This document shows positions 46,903 to 55,761 of a stretch of DNA of 64,000 nt, one piece after another (within the stretch, counting starts at the first letter, position 1; each line of letters begins with the position of its first letter). Below the pieces are notes generated by a model. It was given only the letters and a program-made list of their open reading frames with translations, was not told where the DNA came from and searched no databases. This DNA comes from a virus. Taxonomy: Duplodnaviria > Caudoviricetes. The translations under genes and the position numbers were made by a program. The stretch lies in the IMG/VR virus record IMGVR_UViG_3300032227_000318, positions 1-64,000 of that record; one strand, written 5' to 3'.

Positions 46903-46909
46903 AATGTTC

Positions 46910-47194
46910 CTATAGCGAGTTAAAATTCCAATCTTTGAAGTTCGTAATCACACAGATACCGTCTTCAAGATAGTCATAAGTATAGCTGAGTTCTTCGGCA
47001 TAGTCAAGGGCCTCTTCCAGAGTGGAAAACATCTTATCTGCATGGAAATAACTCGAAATCATTTCAGGGTCACCTTGCCACTGAAATGATTCGTCGGAAA
47101 AGTTTCCATAAATGTTGTCAATAGCCTGATGATATCCTACACGAAATTCTGGACCTTCGGTCTGTAGAATATAAATTCCATTATCGGCTGACAT
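46910..47194 (-). CDS. Hypothetical protein (MSADNGIYIL family)
   Basis: Coupled ORF. Confidence 0.7.
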   Translation of the reverse strand: MSADNGIYILQTEGPEFRVGYHQAIDNIYGNFSDESFQWQGDPEMISSYFHADKMFSTLEEALDYAEELSYTYDYLEDGICVITNFKDWNFNSL

Positions 47195-47427
47195 TATTCA
47201 ATCTCATACTCATCAAATCTCTTTTCTTGCATAGTCTTTTGTTTCCAATGTTTGCGAGGATTACCACACGCATAGCAAGAGCAGGGCTTTCGCGTTTCGG
47301 CCATTCTCTTTTGATGCTGTTCCTTGTGTTCTTCACCTGAGAACCAATTCTTGTACCAAAAAAACTTCTTGACCTTGTTCAGCATCCTATCATGATGATG
47401 ACGGCGTTCAGCCCTGCTCTTAGCCAT
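47194..47427 (-). CDS. Basic hypothetical protein with CSCxxCGNPR motif
   Basis: AGGAG RBS before MAKSRAERRHH. Confidence 0.7.
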   Translation of the reverse strand: MAKSRAERRHHHDRMLNKVKKFFWYKNWFSGEEHKEQHQKRMAETRKPCSCYACGNPRKHWKQKTMQEKRFDEYEIE

Positions 47428-47428
47428 G

Positions 47429-47515
47429 TTACTTTCTCCTGTTGCGCGCCTTTCGCTTCTTTGAGCCAATCTTACGGCGGCCCTTTCGCGGGCGATTCTT
47501 ATGTGAATGTGGCAT
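47429..47515 (-). CDS. 28-aa highly basic peptide MPHSHKNRPRKGRRKIGSKKRKARNRRK
   Basis: TAATG coupling to the upstream gene; ends 1 nt before the next ATG. Confidence 0.65.
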   Translation of the reverse strand: MPHSHKNRPRKGRRKIGSKKRKARNRRK

Positions 47516-47790
47516 TATACTCTATCTACTCCTATATATTGAACTTCGATCACTGAATTGACATTGAAAGACCGCCAACCCTTGTTGTCTAAATCCCAGA
47601 CAGCAAGAACTTCATTATTCTGCTTTCTAGGAACATGAGCAACCTGTTCTTCACTTATGACCATAGGCAGATAATCGGCCATTAGAGTGCAGTTCATCAT
47701 TCGAACTGTACCATCACTCTTGTTGAAGACAACCTTAGCAACACACTTTGAAAGGTTCTCTTTCAGTTCAATCTTACTCAACATTGCCAT
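47515..47790 (-). CDS. DUF2693 / WYL-like SH3-barrel protein
   Basis: FNKSDGTVR.M.CTL...VWDLDNKGWRSF. Confidence 0.85.
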   Translation of the reverse strand: MAMLSKIELKENLSKCVAKVVFNKSDGTVRMMNCTLMADYLPMVISEEQVAHVPRKQNNEVLAVWDLDNKGWRSFNVNSVIEVQYIGVDRV

Positions 47791-48049
47791 ATACCCTCTG
47801 AAGTTCCATGAATTCGTCATAGTCATTCTTGGTCATGTAGTAGCCAAGAAGAACCTTCATAGCATCATGAACCTCAGCATTACGCTTGAAGTCTTCAATC
47901 TCAAAGTCCTTCATATTGCCCATCTTGTGCTTCAACTCATGAAGTTCCTGACAGACAAATTCAAAGTCTTCCTTGAGAACCTGAGCAACAATATTGCCAG
48001 CATCTTCAAGATCAATTTCCATATTCCGCTTCACACTCACGTTATACAT
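47774..48049 (-). CDS. Hypothetical protein
   Basis: Co-oriented ORF with RBS. Confidence 0.65.
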   Translation of the reverse strand: MYNVSVKRNMEIDLEDAGNIVAQVLKEDFEFVCQELHELKHKMGNMKDFEIEDFKRNAEVHDAMKVLLGYYMTKNDYDEFMELQRVYGNVE

Positions 48050-48053
48050 TACT

Positions 48054-48302
48054 TTACCTTTCTGTTAGATTATGATTATCACAATATTCAACAAAGTCTT
48101 CGTAACCACCAATGCGCTTATTATACACGAAAATCTGCGGCACTGTCAAGGGCAGATTTTCAGGCACAAGTTGTTTTAACTCGTCTCGCGTGTAGTCTAC
48201 ATCAAGTACCTTTTCATCATAATTGAGATGCAGCTTATTCATCAGTTCTTTAGCTTTGACACACCAAGGGCAGTTAGGCTTAGAATAGATTACGATGTTC
48301 AT
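48054..48302 (-). CDS. nrdC: Glutaredoxin
   Basis: YSKPNCPWC..AK, TVPQIF....IGGY. Confidence 0.93.
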   Translation of the reverse strand: MNIVIYSKPNCPWCVKAKELMNKLHLNYDEKVLDVDYTRDELKQLVPENLPLTVPQIFVYNKRIGGYEDFVEYCDNHNLTER

Positions 48303-48496
48303 CGCCTTCTCCAAGTTTTGGTATCTTCAATCGCGTAGAAGAACATATAGATTACTCCAATAAAAACACTTGCAATAAAAGCAATTGCAACATATCCAAG
48401 AATTGAAGGCCACACTGTGGCTATCGCAAACAGAATGGCAATAATGCCAATCGTTATTGCGGTCTTAAACAAGGCTCTCTTAGTCACTTCGGTCAT
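48299..48496 (-). CDS. Small two-TM membrane protein
   Basis: Two hydrophobic segments. Confidence 0.65.
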   Translation of the reverse strand: MTEVTKRALFKTAITIGIIAILFAIATVWPSILGYVAIAFIASVFIGVIYMFFYAIEDTKTWRRR

Positions 48497-49176
48497 TAGT
48501 CAATCTCCACAATTAAAGGGATATAGTTTTGATACCACGGCTGTTCATTTGGATAGCCGCGAGGATTACACACAACTCTCGTATTGCCAATCATATAGTC
48601 ACATCGTTCATGCGTGTGCCCATGCACGATAAGCTTCGGTGGCTTCTTCATTTCAAGAATCTGGTGCGACAGTTCAGTTGCAAAAAAGTCGTTACCACCA
48701 GATTCACGATACTTATCATGCACCGACTGAAAAGACGGCAGATGATGCACAACCCAGATATCAGCACCAGAATTAAATAGAAAATGCTTATGTGTTTCAT
48801 GAGCATTCATGTATCTATCATAGTTCATACCCTTGATGTTGCGATAGTCCATCATATACTCTTTGAAGTCCCACCAACGAGTAGGTAAGATATCAGTCCA
48901 AAGAGTAGCACCAGCGATAGTGATTGTGCCACCATCAGGCTTTTCTAGAAAGAGTAGATCAGGAAAGTCCATATCAGCATTAAGAAATGTGCCGCCATAG
49001 TAGTCGTGATTACCTGGCACTGAAAAGAGTTTATCCTTGAACAGCGAATAGAAATAGTCGCGCGTCAACTTCTGCGGATGCGTATCACCTGCATTCAGAT
49101 AGAATACATCAGGATCAGGCTGAAAGAACCACGGTTGAAATTCCATATGCAGGTCTGAAAAGATTCCAAACTTCAC
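48496..49176 (-). CDS. Metallophosphoesterase (calcineurin-like)
   Basis: SDLH, AGD, GNHDYY, HHLP, HGHTH, NPRGY; GTG start overlapping the upstream stop. Confidence 0.9.
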   Translation of the reverse strand: MKFGIFSDLHMEFQPWFFQPDPDVFYLNAGDTHPQKLTRDYFYSLFKDKLFSVPGNHDYYGGTFLNADMDFPDLLFLEKPDGGTITIAGATLWTDILPTRWWDFKEYMMDYRNIKGMNYDRYMNAHETHKHFLFNSGADIWVVHHLPSFQSVHDKYRESGGNDFFATELSHQILEMKKPPKLIVHGHTHERCDYMIGNTRVVCNPRGYPNEQPWYQNYIPLIVEID

Positions 49177-49340
49177 GGATCTAGTTCTTTCTCTTTCCAT
49201 ACAATGGCTTCACTTATGACCGAGACATTATATCCACCGATCTTCTCAGCCCAAAGTATAGCAGCATTTGAGCTATCTGTAAAGACTTCGGATTGATACC
49301 AATAAACACCGATAGCATACCGAACAGTAAACTTTTTCAT
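49173..49340 (-). CDS. Small hypothetical protein, 55 aa (MKKFTVRYAIG...)
   Basis: GGAG RBS; hand-translated. Confidence 0.6.
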   Translation of the reverse strand: MKKFTVRYAIGVYWYQSEVFTDSSNAAILWAEKIGGYNVSVISEAIVWKEKELDP

Positions 49341-49351
49341 TTTATTCTCCA

Positions 49352-49831
49352 TTAGACATAAGCGGCACGAACCTCATCAAAACCTTCTTCAATCGTCGGC
49401 TGTTGCAGAGAGGTTATCATCTGCTGAACAGCAAACTCAGGAATGGTCTTGCCAGGCCGAGAACCAAGCCGACGATATAGCTCTCCAGTTTCAGGAGTAG
49501 GAAAGAAGATTGCAATCTTGCGGTAAGTATTAGGCACCGCAGCAAGCTTCTGTGCGCGCGACTTCTTGTTAAGATTGGTCTGATCCCAAATGATGTTATA
49601 ACCATACATGATAACATCCTTGATATGCGTCATCATGGCCTTATTAGCATAGTCAATGTTATCTTGGAACATATCATCATAAGTTGCTTGACGCATGGAC
49701 GCATAGATTTCAATCAAGCGATCCGTAGATGCAACATAATGACCAGTCAGATCAGGAAAGTTTTGAGCGATCCAAGTAGACTTGCCGGAGCCAGGGACTC
49801 CGACAAGCATATATAGCATAGGATTAGACAT
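49352..49831 (-). CDS. Polynucleotide kinase-like P-loop protein (AAA_33)
   Basis: GVPGSGKSTW, STD, WDQTN...SR, P..EEGFDE. Confidence 0.85.
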   Translation of the reverse strand: MSNPMLYMLVGVPGSGKSTWIAQNFPDLTGHYVASTDRLIEIYASMRQATYDDMFQDNIDYANKAMMTHIKDVIMYGYNIIWDQTNLNKKSRAQKLAAVPNTYRKIAIFFPTPETGELYRRLGSRPGKTIPEFAVQQMITSLQQPTIEEGFDEVRAAYV

Positions 49832-49935
49832 AATTAGCATCCTTCAGAAAAGCTTCCTTGATCTTTGTATAAGAAGCATTAGATCCACAGTTCTTGAGTA
49901 TCATAGCAACAACCGCTTAATAAGTCAAGCGTTCA

Positions 49936-50298
49936 TCACACTTTTCTCCCTAGTGTTTCAACATCAGCACCATCAGTGATGTACTGATAGCCGGTTTTAT
50001 TGGCCACAGGTGCTAGACGGTTCTTCTTCTTCTCAATCTCTCTAATGGTAGCAACAGATTCCTCGCGGTCGCGCTTCCATTTGTAGTCCTCAACAGACCG
50101 CTTGAAGCCATTGCCGACCGAGTTAGACAGTGGCGCCAACTCCCTCTTCGGCAATGGCTCAGGCATATTGATAGGCCGTTCTTTAGACGAATCTTTAAGA
50201 ATGGACTTGAAATACGTTTTACGTTCCTCACGAAGACGCAGTGTCTTAGCTGATGGCTTTTTACGGTCAGAAGATGTTTTAGTGTATACAAGTGCCAT
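49936..50298 (-). CDS. Conserved hypothetical protein
   Basis: C-terminal AP..NK.GYQYI motif. Confidence 0.7.
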   Translation of the reverse strand: MALVYTKTSSDRKKPSAKTLRLREERKTYFKSILKDSSKERPINMPEPLPKRELAPLSNSVGNGFKRSVEDYKWKRDREESVATIREIEKKKNRLAPVANKTGYQYITDGADVETLGRKV

Positions 50299-50480
50299 CA
50301 GTCAACCCAACCTTCCGAATATTCTTCGCGCTTATTACTATGATACTCATGGAGCCCGTCAAGGAACGAGTTGATATCGTCCAACGGAATGCTCATTATA
50401 TGCTTTTTCTCAGCCACAGTCAAGATGTAATCAGCAACGAGTTGAGGAATCTCAGCATAGGTCTGGTAGTGCTTACGCAT
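50298..50480 (-). CDS. Hypothetical protein
   Basis: Coupled ORF. Confidence 0.6.
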   Translation of the reverse strand: MRKHYQTYAEIPQLVADYILTVAEKKHIMSIPLDDINSFLDGLHEYHSNKREEYSEGWVD

Positions 50481-50586
50481 AATCAATCTTCTTGTGCTTA
50501 ATCTTACGGGTGTAGGCCTTCTTGCTCTTGACGGTTTGTTGTCGGTACTTGGGAGACCACAGAACCTTTGCTATGTGATTACGCAT
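50473..50586 (-). CDS. ArfA-like small basic protein MRNHIAKVLWSPKYRQQTVKSKKAYTRKIKHKKIDYA
   Basis: GAGG RBS; overlaps both neighbours; N.IA..L..P.YRQ...K.KK.Y.RK.KH pattern. Confidence 0.65.
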   Translation of the reverse strand: MRNHIAKVLWSPKYRQQTVKSKKAYTRKIKHKKIDYA

Positions 50587-50989
50587 CTTCCAGTTCCTCT
50601 AGTAGCTGCTTTGCAGCAGGAGCCAATACATGTTCAAGATGATAGGGCAGGCCGTTGATGTAGCACAGATACCCAACATCACGCAAGTCATACGCTTCAG
50701 GTTTGAGCGATACGACATAGTGATAGATTGCACGATCCTCATCACAATCCATGAGGTTCTGAATCAGAGCGATCTTCTCTTCAAAGACCTTGATCTTGCG
50801 TTCCTCTTCATCACGTTCATGCTTAAGAGTCTCTTCAGCCCACTTAGAGTATGATTCGGCAATAGACTGCGCCTCAGCATCGGAACAATCCGCATCATAG
50901 AAGCGATGGGCGCGCGGGCGCATACCAGTGACAGTCTTGTAGTCTTCCCAGAACACTTCACCAGCAACCTTACGATCAAACTTCAGCAT
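50579..50989 (-). CDS. Hypothetical early protein (YK.V.G.RPR motif)
   Basis: GAGG RBS and TTGACG-N17-TACAAT promoter upstream. Confidence 0.7.
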   Translation of the reverse strand: MLKFDRKVAGEVFWEDYKTVTGMRPRAHRFYDADCSDAEAQSIAESYSKWAEETLKHERDEEERKIKVFEEKIALIQNLMDCDEDRAIYHYVVSLKPEAYDLRDVGYLCYINGLPYHLEHVLAPAAKQLLEELEDA

Positions 50990-51038
50990 GATTTCCTCAT
51001 TGATTGTTAGAGTATTGTAGCAGATAGTCGCGGCCGCG

Positions 51039-51305
51039 TCAAGCCGCTTCAACCTCTTCTTCCACGCGATGGTGTTCAGCCAGCTCTTCCCAGTCAACCT
51101 CGCGCAGGGCCGCGTTCATAATATCAGCGGCAAAGCCATACTGCGGCAGGGCGCCGTCAGATTCTAGCATCTCTTCAACGAAGGACTGGATATATTCAGC
51201 ATCAATTACATTGCCGTCATTCTGCATGTCGGTAAAAACATCACCATACCAGAGATTGACGAGCCAGGTTTCGTAGTTAGACCAGCCGTTATAACCGTTA
51301 GACAT
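51039..51305 (-). CDS. Conserved acidic phage protein (YNGWSNYETW family)
   Basis: YNGW.NYETWLVNLW...VDW.ELAEH. Confidence 0.75.
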   Translation of the reverse strand: MSNGYNGWSNYETWLVNLWYGDVFTDMQNDGNVIDAEYIQSFVEEMLESDGALPQYGFAADIMNAALREVDWEELAEHHRVEEEVEAA

Positions 51306-51427
51306 TATTGCTTCTCCATGAGAATTTTGACAATTTGATGGGACGGCTTACCTGCAATTCGTGCAAGTTGAGCCACAGTCATGTTCGGCTTAGAGTCGAA
51401 CAAGTCTCGGATTTCTTGTTTTGTCAT
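51305..51427 (-). CDS. 40-aa HTH-like protein (MTKQEIRDLFDSKPNMTVAQLARIAG...)
   Basis: TAATG coupling at both ends. Confidence 0.6.
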   Translation of the reverse strand: MTKQEIRDLFDSKPNMTVAQLARIAGKPSHQIVKILMEKQ

Positions 51428-51735
51428 TACATGCTCCAGTAAGATTCAGACGAGGGCGAACAGTAGTTCGGCGTATTGATACGCTCAAAGAACGGCTTCC
51501 CGCTCATGAGGTTGGTACGCTGGACAATCTGTTCAATGTTATCGTGGAAGTTTTGTTCGTCAGTCACAGCCAGCTGGTCGGCGGTGTACTTCCCAGACTT
51601 GATCAGGCGCGACATGTGAGACTTGGCCGCAGCGATGGAGTCAAAGATGGGTGCGTCATACTTGGCCTTTTTTCCAGCATAGCGGGTGGTGGCAATCTCA
51701 AAAACGACGAAGGTCATGGTGTCTCTCTTTCTCAT
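51427..51735 (-). CDS. Hypothetical early protein (NLMSGK...NTP..CSPSSESYWSM family)
   Basis: First gene after repeated promoter copy 4. Confidence 0.75.
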   Translation of the reverse strand: MRKRDTMTFVVFEIATTRYAGKKAKYDAPIFDSIAAAKSHMSRLIKSGKYTADQLAVTDEQNFHDNIEQIVQRTNLMSGKPFFERINTPNYCSPSSESYWSM

Positions 51736-51796
51736 ATACTGGATATAGTGATTGCAAGTCTGATTTTCAATGTCTAAGGACGCTGGACTGCTATGC
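51736..51796 (-). promoter_or_regulatory. Repeated early promoter, copy 4
   Basis: TTGAAA-N17-TATATC; 28-nt identity with copy 1; degenerate upstream palindrome. Confidence 0.8.
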
Positions 51797-52051
51797 GTCC
51801 ATCGCATTGCTACCGTACTTGCGTTCAATATACTTTCTCATTATCTGCAAACCTTTCTCAACGTAAGTATATGCAACCTGTCTACTGACGTTAAGTTCCT
51901 TGGCAATCTCAATATATGTTAACCCATTGAAATGTCTCATATAAACCGCGCGGGCAAGGGGATGGCCACTAAGTCTTTGATTTCCTCTGTTCTTTTTGTT
52001 CCAAAGAACGGCCAGAGCATCAAGCATCAGGTCACGGTTGTTCATAATCAT
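51791..52051 (-). CDS. Sigma-70 region-4-like HTH protein
   Basis: RAVYMRHFNGLTYIEIAKELNVSRQVA...V.KGL. Confidence 0.7.
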   Translation of the reverse strand: MIMNNRDLMLDALAVLWNKKNRGNQRLSGHPLARAVYMRHFNGLTYIEIAKELNVSRQVAYTYVEKGLQIMRKYIERKYGSNAMDA

Positions 52052-52134
52052 TAAGACACCTTATAGTTGTAACGGGGAAGGGGGCCGATGAAGAATCGGT
52101 AGAGGGCGCGGAGGAAGGGGATCTTGGTCATCAT
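52051..52134 (-). CDS. Leaderless micropeptide MMTKIPFLRALYRFFIGPLPRYNYKVS
   Basis: ATG at predicted +1; TAATG coupling to the HTH gene; paralog of 42267..42374. Confidence 0.7.
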   Translation of the reverse strand: MMTKIPFLRALYRFFIGPLPRYNYKVS

Positions 52135-52195
52135 ATACTGGATATAGTGATGCAACCCTCTGGTTTCAACTGAGGAAATAGAATACCAGCCATAC
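52135..52195 (-). promoter_or_regulatory. Repeated early promoter, copy 5
   Basis: TTGAAA-N17-TATATC; spacer resembles copy 2. Confidence 0.8.
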
Positions 52196-52257
52196 GCAAG
52201 GCGCATAGCTGGCTAAATTGTTGATTTTATTGAGATTTTGCTAAGTGCTTGATTTTG

Positions 52258-52437
52258 TTAGCTTTTCAGTGCAATGATATATTGACGAACAAATGCATCG
52301 TCCAGTTGCACTCCCATTCTCTTCAACTGGAGGTATTCTTTTGCATATTCTACACGGAACATGCGAACCAATCCAGTTTCAGTTTCATTAGAAAAACCAC
52401 GTATAACATTATGCAATATTCTTTCCCATGCAGTCAT
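52258..52437 (-). CDS. Small hypothetical protein, 59 aa (MTAWERILHN...FRVEYAKEY)
   Basis: GAGGAG RBS; hand-translated. Confidence 0.65.
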   Translation of the reverse strand: MTAWERILHNVIRGFSNETETGLVRMFRVEYAKEYLQLKRMGVQLDDAFVRQYIIALKS

Positions 52438-52522
52438 GGTAGGTAACTCCTCTTAATCGTCTTGTGATACACTGGTATATATGTATTTCGCAATTGCGAG
52501 ATAAGATGACGGAGTGTCGCAG

Positions 52523-52930
52523 TTATTCTTTTATGTGCGAACGGTGAACTTTCACCATTATCCAGTCATTGTAGAACCCATCAGATTCCAAAACGTTCTC
52601 GTTCATCTGATGCCAAGCTTCCCAGTAGTTCGCTGTACCTTTAGACTTGCAGAGTTTCAATATTTCTCTCTTGAATCTATCTCGTCCCAGTTTCTCAACG
52701 TCTCCAAGAAGTGTGAGGTTCGAACCAAAGTATTCGCGCCAGTCACTTTCACTTTTGACTTTTTTCTTTCGCGTTTGGCCTTTAACTTTTTTGCTTCGGA
52801 CTTTCGTGAAGTTTTTTTTACCAATATATTGTTTTCCATTTTCTAGATTGGTGATGCGATACACAAAAGACACATAGCCCTCAATATCGTCATCACCAAT
52901 TTCTTTGTCGTTATATAGCCACATGAACAT
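52523..52930 (-). CDS. GIY-YIG endonuclease, DenA (endonuclease II)-like
   Basis: FVYRITN..NGKQYIGKK.F...ESDWREYFGS...F.REIL...FYNDWI. Confidence 0.8.
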   Translation of the reverse strand: MFMWLYNDKEIGDDDIEGYVSFVYRITNLENGKQYIGKKNFTKVRSKKVKGQTRKKKVKSESDWREYFGSNLTLLGDVEKLGRDRFKREILKLCKSKGTANYWEAWHQMNENVLESDGFYNDWIMVKVHRSHIKE

Positions 52931-52990
52931 ACCCTTTTAGAGTATGTATGTTACTTTCCGCGATTAGGATATCATTGTCCTGCTACATAG

Positions 52991-53152
52991 TCATTCATTT
53001 TCTTCTTCCACTTCTACTTCATCTTCATCAAAACATTCCTCACCGCAGAAGGAGCAAAAACGAACTTTACCTTGAGTCGCCTCATAATCATACAAAACTT
53101 TATATTGTGATTCACAATAGTTACAAATTACTTTTTCTACTTCTTTGGTCAT
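52991..53152 (-). CDS. Small Zn-ribbon protein, 53 aa (CNYC...CSFCGE, acidic tail)
   Basis: AAGGA RBS; typical T4-like gene after nrd genes. Confidence 0.7.
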   Translation of the reverse strand: MTKEVEKVICNYCESQYKVLYDYEATQGKVRFCSFCGEECFDEDEVEVEEENE

Positions 53153-53166
53153 ATTTTATCCTTTAG

Positions 53167-53196
53167 AAAAACTGACAGGGCATTACCCCTGTCAGT
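53167..53196 (-). terminator. Intrinsic terminator after nrdJ
   Basis: ACTGACAGGG-N6-CCCTGTCAGT plus T-run. Confidence 0.85.
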
Positions 53197-53207
53197 ATAT
53201 AGCGCAA

Positions 53208-55130
53208 TCATATCTCGCATCCTCCAACGACACACGCGAGTTCTTGAGAACCAGTGGTGTTATCACGCTTCTCATACTTAGCTAACATTGTCCAGTCAAT
53301 GTTCTTCGGCATCTTAGCTGCAAGTGCTTCATATTCTTCCTTCGTGCAGTCTTGATAAGGAGCCTGCTGATAAACGTGATCGGAAAACGGCAAGAATGAA
53401 ACGCCAGACATTTCATCAAAGTGATTGTAGACCCATGCACCAACTTCTGGCCACTCATCTTCCTTCACTGAGATAGTAACAGAAGGCTTATGCTCACAGA
53501 AATGACGCTGATACATCAACCACAATTCAAGCTGTTCAATAGCGGTCATATCAGTGCGGAACACAGCATTGTCAGGAGACTTCTGCGGGAATGAGAACAC
53601 ATAGGTATGCTCTGGCTTCATCACATCGTCTTCACATGGGAAACCCATCTCCTTCATCATTACTGCAAGGGGGTCTTTCTTGTCAGCACGAACAGTTCTA
53701 ATATAATAAGGGCTATGGCGGGCATGAATGCCAGAAGCAGAGTCGACCAACTGAGAGACGGTCCCAGAAGGCTTGACACAAGTAATAGCAGCAGAAACAG
53801 GAATACCAAGTTTTGCAGCCCAAGTCTTATTAGTTCTAACGGCTTCATTGCGAAGTTCCTCCAATAGATCAGGTAATTCAATCTCAATAGTCTTACCATT
53901 AGTATATTCATTGTCCATAATACCAGTCAGAGATACACCAAGCAAACGCTCTTCGGCACAGTTTTCTTTCCACTTCTTACTCAGGTATTTGAAGTTGGTA
54001 AGTGTGGATTGGAATGTACCAAGTATAGTTGCGAGTTTGACCTTGCGCTTGAGTGATTCCGGTGTATCATCTCCTCTGACGACCACCTCTGTAAGATTAC
54101 AGAACTCGCGTGAACGGAGAATGATTTCAGAACATGGGTTGGTGCCGAAATCGTGTTCAGGATCACGGCGTCCGAACTTCTCAGCCTGCTTCTTAGACGC
54201 AGTTCTACTAAAAATGCCGCGTTCGCCAGAGCGTGACTCATAGAGGGAAAGCCACTCACGCATGAAAAGGCCCACATCAGGCTTCTCTTTAGCAACGAAA
54301 GAGTTGTTAGCAAGAGCGCGTTGGACATTTTCTTTCCACCAGTCACCAGACTTTGCAACGCGCATTCTATCATCACTAAGGTCAGAAAGAGAAATAAGCG
54401 CGGATCTACGAACGCCGCCGACAACCACAATCTCAGCGATCTTACAAACGATGTCATGTGCCTCCAATGTAGTTAAACGACGACCAGCAGCCTTCTTGAA
54501 TGTTGCAACCACGAACTTGAATAGATCAGTTAGAGGTTGCGGCCCAGAAGCACGGCCACCAAATGTCTTGAGTGGTGCGCCAGCAGGACGAACCTTTGAA
54601 ACGTCCCACTTAGGAATTTGACCAGCATACAGAAGATGCACTAGTTCTTTAAAGGCCTTTGCCCAACCAAGCTTTGAGTCTGCAACCTGAATAGTTGTTT
54701 CTGTTGTGAACATTTCATCAGGAACAATAGGCAATTGCTCTACATATTTTGATTCAACAGAGAAACCAACACCAGTACCATTCATAAGAATGTAAAGAAT
54801 TTCATCAAATGAACGTGGGCTGTCAACAGCAACATACGAACAGTTATAGCCAGCAACGTTCTCACGCTTGAGTGCTTCACCAGCAGTCATCAAGCAACGC
54901 ATTGACGGCATGATTTCAAGATTAAGAACAGCATCTTCTAGCTGCTTACGCTCTTCAGTGGTGATAGTATATCCAGTAATTTCTTTGACATGCTCATCAA
55001 AGAAATTGAAATAACGGGCGACTGTTTCGTCCCAGTTCTCTCTACGATTTTCATCCCACAGCCAACGGGCATAACGAGACTTATGAATGAACTCTTGATA
55101 CAGAGACGGTAACATATTACTGCCTGACAT
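53208..55130 (-). CDS. nrdJ: Class II (B12-dependent) ribonucleotide reductase
   Basis: PSMR, YNCSY, GGVRRSALISL, GTNPCSEI, TCVKPSGTVSQL, C-terminal ACVVGGCEI; no nrdB adjacent. Confidence 0.92.
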   Translation of the reverse strand: MSGSNMLPSLYQEFIHKSRYARWLWDENRRENWDETVARYFNFFDEHVKEITGYTITTEERKQLEDAVLNLEIMPSMRCLMTAGEALKRENVAGYNCSYVAVDSPRSFDEILYILMNGTGVGFSVESKYVEQLPIVPDEMFTTETTIQVADSKLGWAKAFKELVHLLYAGQIPKWDVSKVRPAGAPLKTFGGRASGPQPLTDLFKFVVATFKKAAGRRLTTLEAHDIVCKIAEIVVVGGVRRSALISLSDLSDDRMRVAKSGDWWKENVQRALANNSFVAKEKPDVGLFMREWLSLYESRSGERGIFSRTASKKQAEKFGRRDPEHDFGTNPCSEIILRSREFCNLTEVVVRGDDTPESLKRKVKLATILGTFQSTLTNFKYLSKKWKENCAEERLLGVSLTGIMDNEYTNGKTIEIELPDLLEELRNEAVRTNKTWAAKLGIPVSAAITCVKPSGTVSQLVDSASGIHARHSPYYIRTVRADKKDPLAVMMKEMGFPCEDDVMKPEHTYVFSFPQKSPDNAVFRTDMTAIEQLELWLMYQRHFCEHKPSVTISVKEDEWPEVGAWVYNHFDEMSGVSFLPFSDHVYQQAPYQDCTKEEYEALAAKMPKNIDWTMLAKYEKRDNTTGSQELACVVGGCEI

Positions 55131-55151
55131 ACGAATACTCCTAAATTGTTT

Positions 55152-55727
55152 TTATTGATTGTGATTGTAGATTTTCTTCACATGCTCTATGAACACGGAT
55201 TCTTCTGTGCTGCTTTTCATATTGTTACATAGCCAACAACAGGAAACACAGTTATCTCTTGTGTAGCCTTTTGACGAATCAACTCTATCAATACCTGTGT
55301 ATCTAAAATCACCGCTAGTCTTACCTTGACCCTTTTTAGTCTGTGTAAGGCTATCTCCACAGTATTGACAGTTTCCGGTTACCAGTTGTGTGAACTCTTC
55401 GGTTGTGAGTTGATAGTCCAAGTTTCTTCTCTTTGCACTTGTTTTGTAAGTGTGTTCTAGATTGTTTCTGGCCGCTTTGCCGCTTGCGAGTTGCCAAGGT
55501 TTAGTCTTAGGACCTGATGACTTCCAAGTTTCAGGTTTTCTCTGTTGACAACCACAACTATTCATCTTCCTTATGAGATTGCCGTTCATCATTACAGTTT
55601 CATTGTTGCAGTAGTGGCAGAGGCATCTAAGACTTACATGTTGACCCGGTTTGTTGTTTGAAATGATTTCCAGAACCTCAAGTTTGCCATGGAAGTCACC
55701 AACGTTATGTGAACTCTTTCTACCCAT
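55152..55727 (-). CDS. Free-standing HNH endonuclease
   Basis: C.CHYC, SCGC, CQYCG, GIDRVDSSKGY..DNCVSCC..CN.MK. Confidence 0.85.
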   Translation of the reverse strand: MGRKSSHNVGDFHGKLEVLEIISNNKPGQHVSLRCLCHYCNNETVMMNGNLIRKMNSCGCQQRKPETWKSSGPKTKPWQLASGKAARNNLEHTYKTSAKRRNLDYQLTTEEFTQLVTGNCQYCGDSLTQTKKGQGKTSGDFRYTGIDRVDSSKGYTRDNCVSCCWLCNNMKSSTEESVFIEHVKKIYNHNQ

Positions 55728-55761
55728 TCTAGAACTCCTTATAGTGTATCCTAGAATGTAT

